The notes under the pieces were generated by a model. The model saw nothing but the letters and a program-made list of their open reading frames with translations, was not told where the DNA came from and ran no database searches. DNA of 64,000 nt from Amoebophrya sp. A120 (Eukaryota > Protista > Dinoflagellata), in assembly GCA_905178155.1 (NCBI GenBank), contig CAJINV010000002.1, forward strand, positions 10,458,146 through 10,522,145. The letters run 5' to 3'. This document shows, one piece after another, positions 36,701-47,020 of the stretch (its first letter is position 1; every line of letters begins with the position of its first letter). The position numbers and the translations under genes are program-made.

Positions 36701-39371
36701 TTCGGGCTGCGCGAGCGGCTTCGCTCCTCCCGCATCCAGTCCTGAAAATCCCGGCGCTGCTCCCGCAACGCCTGCTCGTGCCTCCGCTTCGCGCCTTCGC
36801 CGAGCCGGGTGAAAAAGCCCCCGTTATTCCCATCGTCGCCGGGACCTCCGTCCGGGTACGGCGTCCCGCGGTCGGGCGAGTGGCTCCGCTTGCGCAGCGG
36901 GGACTGCGAGTTGCGCTCTTTCATAGCCCGCCGCATCTCCCGCTGCTGCTCCCGCCGGATCTTCTCCTGCTTCTCGCGCTGCGCCTGCCCCAGCTGATCA
37001 AACATGTTCATATTGCCCCCGTTGGCGGCGGCAAGTGCTCCGGGGGCAGAGGGTCCTCCGCCACGCCCGCCCCCGGGGTTGATGTTATCTATGAAGAAGT
37101 CGTCGTTCATCAGCATCGGCGAGCCCCCGCTCGCGGCGCTGGCACTCTTCTGCACCGGGCTCCACTCTCCACGCGGTGTTCGCGTCGGGGATTCCGCGAG
37201 CCCACGTTCATCTCTGCGGTTCAGAATCGGGTGCACGCCGCGCCGCTGTTGCTCCTTCATCCGGGCACGCATCTCTTGCTGCTGCTCGCGCTTAATTCGC
37301 ATTTTCTTTTCCTCGTATGTTGCGCCAAGATCCAACAGGCCCCCGCCGCCGCGCCGGCCACCGCGGGCAGAATCTACTTGTTGCTGTTGATGTTGTATTT
37401 GCTCTACTTCCTGCCTGCCATTTGCAGCAGCTCCTGTTGTGCGGGACGAGCTACTCGGTCGGTCGCCGCGCGCAGAACCGCGGCCCCGTAGGTACTCTTG
37501 ATTGACAGGTGGGCGAGCAACTTCGCCAATCATTCTCTCATCATACGCGTCCTGAGCGGAAATCATGTCGCGGCCTGGGAATACGACGGGAGCAACCCGT
37601 GGCTGATCTACGACGTGCGCTTGGTGGTATGGACGCTCGACTTGCGCGGCGGCGGCACGTGGCTTCTTCGGCTTTCCGTACTTGCGGTCGCCCATTTCGT
37701 GCAAAAGCTCTAGTTCCGATTTCTGCGGCGGCGGGCTGCGGGGCTGTGGTTGCGCATTCGTCGTCCTCTCGTCCAAGTAGTTCTCGGCGAGAGGAGGATT
37801 CTCGTTGTACGGCCCAACCGCGCGCGGCTGCTCCCGATACGGCGGCCGCAGGGCCTGGGCCTGCGACGCGGGCGAGGGGGCTCGCGGGGGTGGCTCAAGT
37901 GCGACACCTCGAGCAGCACTGCCCCCGTTGTCGGGGCCGAGGTTGTGCTGCTGCAGATGCTTCTCCCTCTTTTGCCTCCAGACTTCCTCGCGCGACATTT
38001 TGCGCTTCGGCGCGATCATGTCGAATTCCGTGGTGTTGTCGAGCGAGGGGCCACTGTCGGCAGCAGTGTCCGCAGCAAAGACAAACGGAGCTGCATTGGC
38101 GACAAATCCACCCTGATGGTGCGGCGGAGGTTCCATCGGTTCTGCTCGAGGATGTGCTTGTGATGGGAGATTTCGAGGCACTGTAATTCCGTTATTCCCT
38201 TCCATCTGCAGCTCGCGCTCTCGCTGCCGTTCTGCAAGCCGCTCGGCGCGTGTTTTCTTTGCGCCCGTGACTGGCGGCTCGGCACTGACGAGATCGCGAC
38301 CAGGCTTTTGTCCGTTATTCTGCTGCAGCCATGGCGGCGCTGCGTTCTCCTTCTCCTGACCGGGGAGTGCGAAGTCATAGACGGCGTTCTTTTTCGCGAC
38401 GACCTCGGAATCCCCTGGTCCTGCAGTGGGTCCATCATCCTTTTTACTGAACCTGAATAAACACACAACATTCCCAATAAACTCTGGGTACTCCGGGTAG
38501 TGCACAAGCACACTAGTAAAATTAGCGTCGAATTGAATACGGAGCACATGATCCGATGCACTTGATGTTGACATCAGACTAGTCTGAGACGAGGAGCGCG
38601 TCCCATTAGAGGCCGTACAAGAGTTTTTTCAGTCCTAACACGACTGATCAAAGCCTCCATCTTCGTATCATACAACACGGATGCTTGTGCAAATAATTTG
38701 TATACGCTCTCGGCGCGCCCTGCGGATTGCTTTCCTGGGGCCCAAGCCTCGGCACCGGGACCACGACGGTCGGCTTCGACACTACCAGTCGCTGTTCGTC
38801 CCGCAGTTGCTGCTCGAGATTTGAAATATGGCGCTGTTTTTGACTAGCCAGCACTTCAGCTTCCAAGTCGCCCATGTCATACTGCTGCAGCAACACTTTG
38901 TGCACGGATTTTGCCTCCTTCAGTTCCTCTTCGAGCTTCTGAACTTTCCGCTGCTGCTATCGGGTAGAAACACACTAAGTAGTACGGTATCATATTTGGC
39001 GCGCGCCACGAGATTAGGATCATCAGATGCTGCTTACCATGAAGACTTCTATCTATTAATAGAAGCTTCCATACTTAAATGTATCCGCACAGATGAAGAG
39101 ACAGCTACAAAGACGGATGACAGACTGATGTATGCGATCATAGAGTCATTCTCCAACTTGCGCGGCAAATGTGATGCAGGCTACGGAGATTTCTGTACGA
39201 TAGCTGCACCTGCTCGTTCAGATGGTTGTGCAACTGGCTCTCTACGACGCGGTCCGTCGCCACACGGCGACTCGCTTGCGCACGTCGCATGATCGTTGTT
39301 TCTTGGCCCGCTAAGAATGGTACGTCGGCGAAGTCCGATTTTTCCTGCGGGACCAGACGCTGGTTGTACAC
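24713..39371 (-). CDS. Giant (~4,700 aa) protein: N-terminal coiled coils (CSPP1/CCDC66-like) followed by two repeat arrays
   Basis: 4404-codon ORF 25360-38574. It joins ORF 24713-25189 through a GT-AG intron (about 25213-25367) and joins upstream exons (about 38706-38957 and 39210-39371) with compatible phases. The start codon is unresolved. Confidence 0.8.
26235..27710 (-). repeat. Second protein repeat array, consensus (F/Y)xP(I/V)PExL(Y/F)xxxxxGx
   Basis: FEPIPEQLYVRDARGNYSRVP, YVPVPEELYYKNSAREYVPIPPERF, FSKIPDERFLLNEETNSYEQIP, FLRIPEDTF. Confidence 0.75.
28240..34590 (-). repeat. About 27 copies of a 45-60-aa protein repeat, consensus LQRxGADFVAxDGxxVxPxxLxxFGGEVLDxxGxxVxVxP
   Basis: Counted by eye in the translation, e.g. 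LQRVGCDFVAADKSLVAPATLAMFGGEVLDERGRRVSV and LQRNGTDFVAVDGSQVPAKKLIVFGGEVLDIDGRAVSV. Confidence 0.9.
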
Positions 39372-39672
39372 TAATTTCGTATTTCAGCCGGGCATGAAAC
39401 CACGTACCATGTTCTCGCTGCTGTCCAAAGCCGAAACAGCGCCGCAAAAAACACAGAAAATAAAGAACCCCTGTTGAATTATACACGATTCAATTGTAGC
39501 GGATTCGCGCAAAGCATCAAAAAAAGGACGAAAGAACTTTTGCGAAGCAGCGATGCTACTCGCGGTCTTGCGTTTTTGGTAGAAATGACGGGAACTACAA
39601 GAACTCAAAGAGAGTCATCGGCACTAAAAATTACGCAATTTGATTTTGATGTCCCTTTGTGAAAAAGATCCC

Positions 39673-42600
39673 TCACGACTCACACAAGTATTTTTTCTCT
39701 CGTGATGCGGCTTTTACTTTTTGAAAAACTTTCATTCGCTGAGCGCAACTCCGGAAGAAAAAAGAATCACTCATACCCAAAAATGGCTGGTTTTTGCCCT
39801 CAACGCCACGAAGAAGACAACTACGGGAACGGCTCCCGCAACGAATTCGACGCAGTAAAGAAGCGAAGAGGAAGAGGACTTTTGAGAAATCATTGCAGCT
39901 CTTAGACACGGTCATGGTCATCGTCATGTCCTTGGCTACTTCTGTGAGCGCGCCTGAAGTTGATTGTGGTTGCAGCCTCGAAGGACGTACATTCTCTTGT
40001 TTATGTTTTCGACCGTCCTTACTGGCGCTCGCAGTTCCAAATGGAAAAGCGAAGTTCGGCTCTGGTTCCACCCCACTAGTGCGCGTTTGGCTCTTTCCTG
40101 CAGCGACCTCGCTGGTGTAGTGCTCAAGATTCCCAAAGGCAGCTTTTCTAAGCCCACGCACCGACGCTCTGCGCCGACGAAAGCTTTCTTCATTCTGGAC
40201 CAGTGGCGGCACGAGACTGGCGCAGGTAGGTCGAAACTTTCGGAAAGCACCCAGCACGTGCTGCACGTCCTTGACCGGCACGTCCAGCACATAACCTTGG
40301 GTCGACAGCGCAATCCTGCCCACGCGACGGATCAATGCGTTGGCTCGGTGCTCCGACGCCGTGCGCATTTCTGTGCCGTCCGACGCCGTGGTGCTGAAAA
40401 TGTCGTCTCCTAATGTTGTGTCGTGACCATCATTTTTAAAATCTCCGAATGGTTGAAAATTTCTCTTCCCCCCGGCCGATCCTTCCTGCGAAGAGGGCAG
40501 GAAATACTGGTGCAGTTCCTTCTGCAGCAGCACAAGCAGGCGCTGGCGACTTGTGGACGTGCTGGTCGTGTTCCGCAACAACACCGGCACATACGACGGA
40601 CGACCAGAGAGTGGGGACATCCACCTCACCTGTGTCTGTCGTGTCTCGAGTACGCACAAAGCTCGAGAAAGCAGTTCGATTCGCTTCTGTTGGCAGTCGG
40701 TCCGAAAAGGATCGTCTTCGGAAGAACGTCGTGCACGACTAGATGGTGCAGCCAAAGCCGCAGCATTGGTGTTCTTCCGAGCAACATCTTGCTCTTTCAC
40801 GCTTGCTGCTTTCCCTCCGATGATTCTGGTACACGCACGCGCCGTCGTCACGACGTCGAGACCGAGGGCCTCGCGACACTGGAAAAAGAGCTGCTGAACC
40901 CGTTGCAGCCGCATCGTTTCCGGCGTCGGCAGGGCCAAGTCTTCAAAGCCGATGCCGAGCTTTCGGCCGAGGCGGTGGTGGGGTGCGAAAGTCGAAGAAG
41001 ACCAAGACGTGCTCCCTTGCCAAAGAGGAAGACCGCTAGAAGTTCTTCCCGCAGCGGTGGTGGATGATCTCGGAGTCGAAGAAGAAAGCAGAACTACGCT
41101 TTTGCCTGTGTCACCTCGAATCCGCCCAACGCGGTGGACGTACGTTTCCGCAGAGGGCAACCGCTGCAGCAACATGCCTCTCCTGTGGTTCTTCCCCGCG
41201 TGCGAATACTCCATAGCAAGTTTGGGAACATGCACCACCAGTGTCACGTTGTCAAAGTCAAGTCCGCGGGCGGCCAGGTCGGTGGCAACCAGCACGGTGA
41301 CGTCGCCCTCGCGAAATGCCTGCACCGTCGCGGCCCGCTCGGCGTCCGTTTGCGCGGCGTTCAATTGACACACACCCAGTGCCTGCGTCCGCGCAGAACC
41401 CTGCAGCGTGTGCGTCACAAGATCGCAATCACTGCGCGTTGCAGCGAAGATGATTGCTTTGCTCTTTCGCAGCTGCGGCTTTTCTGTGCTGTGATAGGTC
41501 GTGTGGTGTGCTGCAGCAGAGCGCTGAGATGTTTCCGGCGCCAAGTTTTCTTGCAGTAGCCAAGAGAGAACGTCCCCAATATTCTTTGTTGACGGAATGC
41601 TTTTGCCATTCTTCGTCTCGCCTACCAGTGTCAGTGTGCAGTGATGTACATTTTGCTTTTGGGCGAAAAATTGCGGAACAGAGGTACCCGCCACCGTGTC
41701 GCTGATTTCAGACAAGCGGTCCGCGCAGCAATGCTCGCGCAAAACATCCCGCAGCCAGGGGGGTGAGGTGGCCGAGAAGAACAGAAACTGCAATTTGTTA
41801 TCTTGCGAATTGTTCATCTTCCGGACCGCTCTTCCATCACCAACCCCTTGCTGCACAGGTTCGAGTTTCGGGTTTTTCTGCGCTTCTTCTACACGAAGTC
41901 GTGTGTTGTTGGGCCCTATCCGCCACTTGAGGGTTTGCGCGGATTTGATGTGCGATAGCAGCTCCGTCATCTCCGAGGCAAAGCCGGACCCTGCATCAAA
42001 CATTTGGTCGGCCTCGTCGAACATGTCAAAATCAAAAAGACTGCCTCCCCATAGGCAAAAACTAAAACAGCTTTGGTAGTTTTATATATAATTATACGTG
42101 CAATTCATTGCAGAGAACAACGAATGCAAACGCAAACGGCGGACGCAACCTAATAGTCGGCTCGCTTGTAAACTACCACAAAAATCCGCATCAGATATCT
42201 GCGCTATCTTGTTGCAAGGAGAGACGCGATTTTATCGTCAGGATAGACAACCAGGATTCGGCAGTTCTGCAATGCAGTATACACGTTGGCCTTTACAAGC
42301 TCCAGCAGGAATTGCGGCGTCGAGATCACCACGTCGTGTCCTTCGCGGAGAAGTCTCTTAGTGTACAAAAACTTGTCCGCGCTGGGTGGATTCTTGGGTG
42401 TATCTGCTTTTCTTCTCGTCTCACCACTATCGCCCACCTGCCCGGCGCACGAGATGGTAGAACTTCTGGTCAGCAGCAACAATCTTTGCTCGCTGTGCTT
42501 CAACTTCATGGCTTCGAACCGTGTTTGCTCGGCCAACTCAGGCGTGGGGCACAGCCACAGAACCGGCTCGTGCCCAAAGAGTGAACGACTACTCGTGTCC

Positions 42601-43229
42601 CCGAAGAACTGATTTTTCCCAGTCCGTCTGCCGCTCGAGCTGGTGCTGGCCTGCTCGTCTGCTGCCGGCTTGCAATCGCCTATTCTCCTCATAACTGCCG
42701 TGCGGTCCAACACGGGCGCCAAGAAGGCTACCGTCTTTCCCGTTCCTGGGGCGGCGCGGGCCAATACGTCGAATCCACGCAGGACGCATGGAAAGGCCTG
42801 CTTTTGAATGGGCGTCAGGGGATAGTAGCGATGCCTGCGCAACCGGTCCTGCATCCTCGGCGACAGTTGCGGTTCACGTGTGCGACCGTCATCTTCGGGG
42901 GATTGGGCACTCTCGGTTGTACCAGCACCGGGTGAAGTGCGCAAAAGTCCAGCATTGCGGCTGCTTTTCAAAAACATGTTCTTGTTTCCACCGTTTCGGC
43001 GGGCATCGGAAACGCGAAGGCCCGACCTGCGTGCCCGCCTTCTTCGTATCTTTTTCTCACAACGGAAGGACGAGGCAAAGAGGAGAGAACGAACAGAAAT
43101 GCAGAACGGCAGTGGCCGGGTCGTGGTGGACGTTTCTGACAAATTTCGTAGAAATGCAGACGTCACTGGAAGCAGTGCTCCAGCTACGCCTGCAATCGAC
43201 GGCGAGCTCGTGGATAGGGGCGGCATCAC
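39673..43229 (-). CDS. DEAD-box RNA helicase, possibly DDX21/RH7-like with a GUCT-like C-terminus
   Basis: Q motif LTPIQ, motif I APGTGKT, Ia CPTPELAEQ, II LV(V/F)DEAD across an intron, III SAT, V ATDLAARGLD, VI YVHRVGR. C-terminal VGRIALSTQGYVLDVP is GUCT-like. The start is uncertain (ATG of MFLKSSR at about 42977 is plausible). Confidence 0.88.
42024..42245. mobile_element. Degenerate introner-like intron E3 immediately before the DEAD motif
   Basis: Transcript-sense ends TAT...ACA; flanks ttgtc/tgttc (3/5). Removal of the element plus 5 nt gives ILVVDEAD or ILVFDEAD. No GT-AG pair restores the motif, and TIRs are no longer evident. Confidence 0.6.
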
Positions 43230-43824
43230 TGCGCGATTACGAGTTTGTCCTTGTTGTCGCTCTAAACTTGTTCTAAACTACTTAAAAGCGCACTATTTCA
43301 ACTCCAACTGGCTTTTCTTGCCCGACAGGAGGTGGAATGCTGAACTTTCAGGCAGGTGCAGGAAGAGAGCCGTCAGGGATCAGCGGAACCCATGTTCATT
43401 CTTTTTTCGTCCGCTCGATCTCTGTCCTCCTCGCCGTCGCAGCGGTGCCGGTGGATCTAAGAGCACCATAGGCATAAATATGCGGACCAACACTAGACCT
43501 CAACGATCAATGGTGAAGATCTTGTGTGATCTCTTGGCATTTGCTCGATAATGGCAGCTATCCAATGCAACAGAGCTTGTCCGTGTAGACCTTCGAACCT
43601 TGCCTGGGGCACGTTGACGAGATGAAAACTTGAACACCTGCCCGAAAAAAATCAACTACGCATGGCAGCATCCTGCCAAAAGTGACGTCAGCGTCACCCA
43701 CCGCGTGCTTCATGTTGAAGCTTTATTTTCTCAACGCAACGTCTGGGCACAGTTTGTGTTCAAGAAGCACAACTTGCATGATCAAGAATGCAGCAACATG
43801 TGTGCGGTCCCGAGTGTACTCCGT

Positions 43825-44902
43825 TCACCACCGACCGCGTCTTTTTGCGGGTCCTCCCCGATTCTTGGGAAATCGCTCCTTCTTAAGAAAGTTTTCCACG
43901 TCGCGGTTCCTTTCTTCGTCCACATTCGCTGCTACATCATCTTCCCGCGGCTCCTGACGGCGCCGGCCGTGCCTGTTCTTCGGGGACGACGAATATGCAC
44001 TCGACATATGTCACAAGATGTCTGAATCTGGAATGAATGATGCGACACGAAAAAAACTCGCATGCACAACCAGCAGCTTGTGACATATAATTTGCAAGAA
44101 TGGATAACGAAGGCTCCTCTACATCCATTTCCTCTTCCGCCGCACGTTCATCTTCCACTTCTCCCCGCTTGCTACTGCTGCTCGCCCCACCATGATGACC
44201 AGTATTGTTCCCCTGCTCTCCTCCGCCGGTCGCGGGGGTCGGAGGCGCGTCTGCTTTCCCGATGGGTATGTGGAAACGGCTCTGCTCTACGCAGAGCAAT
44301 CGATTTGCGGGGTCCGACGGACGAATCCGGGTGTCGTGGAGCGCGAGCGCCTTCTCGAACGACACCTCGTCGCAGAACCGCACGACGCCCTGGCCTCGGG
44401 ACCGCCCGTGGGGGTCCAGGAACAGTTTGAAGTGGCTCACGGGACCGCAGTGGCGGAGGAAAAACTCCATCAGCTCGGCCTCCGTGTACTTGAAGGGGAC
44501 GTTGCTGAAGAACACGGAAGTGTGCACGCGCTTGCGCTCCGCAGCGACAAGAGGGTCCTTCAGCCGCACCCCCGTGGCGTACAGCTGGTGCCGCTCGTTG
44601 CGTGCCAACTGGCCGTAGTACACCTCGTCGCCCTCGCGAATGTCCAGCTCCGGGTCGTCCAGGTCGTGGCAGTGCACGAAAATCTGGCACCCGTGCTCGT
44701 TGTACAGCTTATCGCTCTCGATGTAGCCGTAGCCCTTCTTCTCCATCCACCGGACGACACGCGCGACGTCTCGAACCTTCCCAGAGGGACCCGGGACGAG
44801 CTTGGCCTTTTTAGGCAGCACGCCATCGGGCGGATTCGCGCTGTGACTGCTGGAGGACGAGGAGGGCGCAGCAGCTGCCGCTGCAGCCGACGTCAACGTC
44901 AT
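43825..44902 (-). CDS. Cold-shock domain + RRM RNA-binding protein
   Basis: CSD: VVRWMEKKGYGYI...IFVH...EGDEVYY...ATGV. RRM: VFFSNVPF...RSRGQGVVRF. The last exon is ORF 43825-44007, reached by removing element E4. Confidence 0.85.
43994..44106. mobile_element. Introner/MITE-like element E4
   Basis: TAT...ATA ends with perfect TSD acgaa (43989-43993, 44107-44111) and inner inverted repeat atatgtcacaag/cttgtgacatat. Removal gives EEPSSSPKNR in the frame of the terminal exon. Confidence 0.85.
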
Positions 44903-45136
44903 GGCCGAGCGGATATCGAAAGGAAATGCGTCCCGCCCTTACAGCGAGATTTCGTATTGTTTGGGAAACAGAAATTTTTACGATAACGAGACAGCTAAGT
45001 AGGAACTCGTCTTCAAGATATGCCCGTATATGACGCACGGCATGTGTTTCTGTGTATCTGAAGCTGAGCGTCCGACTCGTTTCATGCCTTCTAGTTCTAG
45101 TTCTACATGGTGGAACATCTGCATCACAAACACTTC

Positions 45137-46246
45137 TCACTGCTGCAAAGCGGGTTCAGGGACGGCGCACGTTTTAACGTGGTAATTGACGGGCTTGCTG
45201 TTTCTTGCAAGGACCACTGGCTCATCTCCCGCTGCGGAAGTCGTCGCGGCCACGTTGTCTTGTTTTCGGGCAAGAAGAGAAATTCCTCCTGATGGTGCGC
45301 TCTTTTCTGGCGCCATTGATGCTGTTCCCGGCTTGCGACCGGCGGCGGTCGATGACGCACTGGCAGAATGTTGCTGCTGCCCAGGAAATTGCTTCTCCAA
45401 AGGTAAGTCCGTGAATCGGATCGGCTTGATCATCGGTTTTATCTTTGCCTTTTGCAGTTCCACCTTCGGCTGCTCGTGTGGTTCCTCATTTCTCATTTCT
45501 ATTCCGTCACCACGTTCTTTGTCCTCTCGTTCGCGTGAATCTTGGCCGCGCTGTTCATCTTCATCTTGATAATGTTCGACTCTCTGCACGCCCTGCGCCT
45601 CTGGCACGCCGTTCGGAAACCATGTGACTCTTTCAAATGAAACACTATCGCCGACCGAAAAAGTTGGTTTCCCGCCATTTCTTGCGCCTTGTTCTTGGCT
45701 GGCCGGCATTTTAAAAGTCGCTTTGCGTGCGAAGTCCGGGCCCGTCACCCAACCGCGATTTTTTTCCGCGTCAAACGCAACCACGGTGGCGCGTATCGGG
45801 TCGCCCGACCGAGGCGGGGGGTGCTCAAACCAGGCTGGTTCCTCAAGACTTTTGCTTGCATTTTCGCCTACGAGAACGCCAGCATCGTCAAGTCCCCGCC
45901 CATCGACTCCACCGACAACCGCTCGCTCGCGTCTGGCCGCCGCCTCCTCATCTTCTCTTTCCAGTCGCCTTCTCTTGGCATCTTCCTGGACGAAGTCCTC
46001 TCTGAGCGGCACGCCTCCAAATTCCGACAAGACTTCGTCGTCAACATCCAACCGCTTGGAAGAAGATGACGAGGATTTGGAGTTTCCTCCTGCGCCACCG
46101 TTTCGGTCTTGTGCCTGCTTCAGCTCCTTCTGCAGCAGGGACACGTTCCACGCCTTGGTCTTGGCATTGTAAAACTGTGCCAAGTTCGCACCCTTGCTGA
46201 GCCGCTTCAGCCGGAGAAACAACTCGGAACATTCCTTCTGCGACAT
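45137..46246 (-). CDS. Protein with a divergent cold-shock/OB-fold domain (separate gene or 5' part of the CSD-RRM gene)
   Basis: 369-aa ORF. ATVVAFDAEKNRGWV...FSVGDSVSF...AQGVQRV is CSD-like. Confidence 0.68.
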   Translation of the reverse strand: MSQKECSELFLRLKRLSKGANLAQFYNAKTKAWNVSLLQKELKQAQDRNGGAGGNSKSSSSSSKRLDVDDEVLSEFGGVPLREDFVQEDAKRRRLEREDEEAAARRERAVVGGVDGRGLDDAGVLVGENASKSLEEPAWFEHPPPRSGDPIRATVVAFDAEKNRGWVTGPDFARKATFKMPASQEQGARNGGKPTFSVGDSVSFERVTWFPNGVPEAQGVQRVEHYQDEDEQRGQDSREREDKERGDGIEMRNEEPHEQPKVELQKAKIKPMIKPIRFTDLPLEKQFPGQQQHSASASSTAAGRKPGTASMAPEKSAPSGGISLLARKQDNVAATTSAAGDEPVVLARNSKPVNYHVKTCAVPEPALQQ

Positions 46247-47020
46247 GTTGATACGTATTTACGCTGCTCAGTGTACTTACTACAGAGGTTCAAGTTTTGA
46301 TGCTGTTAAAACGCGCACTCAAATAAAAGGAATTCTGCAACACGTCGCCAGATGGACGAATAGGAGTACCAGTACAAAGTTCCAACTGTTCTTGTCGCTG
46401 TGGCTGTGAACAAAGATGATTCGGAGCAAAGCGAAAGTGCAGTACTCCTAGATATACCTAAAAGGAAGCCAGCGTGTGGGGCGAAAATGAGTTATGTGCT
46501 AGCCCCGACGACACCACCCCACCACCGCCCACCGTCTGGTAAAAATTCAAACGTACTGGCGGACAAAGAACCCTTCTCTTTGTGCCAGATCACTCGTGTT
46601 CGCAATCGGTGTATACCATGATTCCAGATCACAATCGCAGTGCCGGGTCCCGGTCCCTCGCCCGCAAGACACATTTCTATTTGCAAACAAGGAAACAAAG
46701 GATCTACTGCCTCCACGGCTGAAGTGGACAAGATCTTTGTAGGATAGGAACAACACAGCTGAATTCTGAAGGAAGATAGGACACCTCCTTCCGTGTATAA
46801 TGCTTGTAATTGCACAAGAGCCATATCCGAGAGGTTGGAAACCTGCGAACTGTCCTGCGCTCGTCGCGATTCGCGAACGCGACTGTTTTGAAGATGAATT
46901 CTTTCGAGCAGGGAATGTGAATGTCGCTGATAGATTGTCGCCTGAAATAAAGGGTGAATAGCACCACTTTCGGTGCTTCCGGTGCCGCTGTTTCACCTTT
47001 GCATCGAGTTCCTCCGAATG

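Noticed and set aside
35371-37491. 706-aa plus-strand ORF (also 15193-16236, 32257-33435, 33713-34906 and many others)
   Set aside because: These are antisense shadows of GC3-biased minus-strand genes. Their translations are Leu/Arg/Val-rich with no motifs.
44903-45136. Possible introner joining the two cold-shock ORFs (gcatcacaaa at 45121, TAT at 44914)
   Set aside because: No matching right end or direct repeat gives a frame-preserving join, so the ORFs are left as two CDS.
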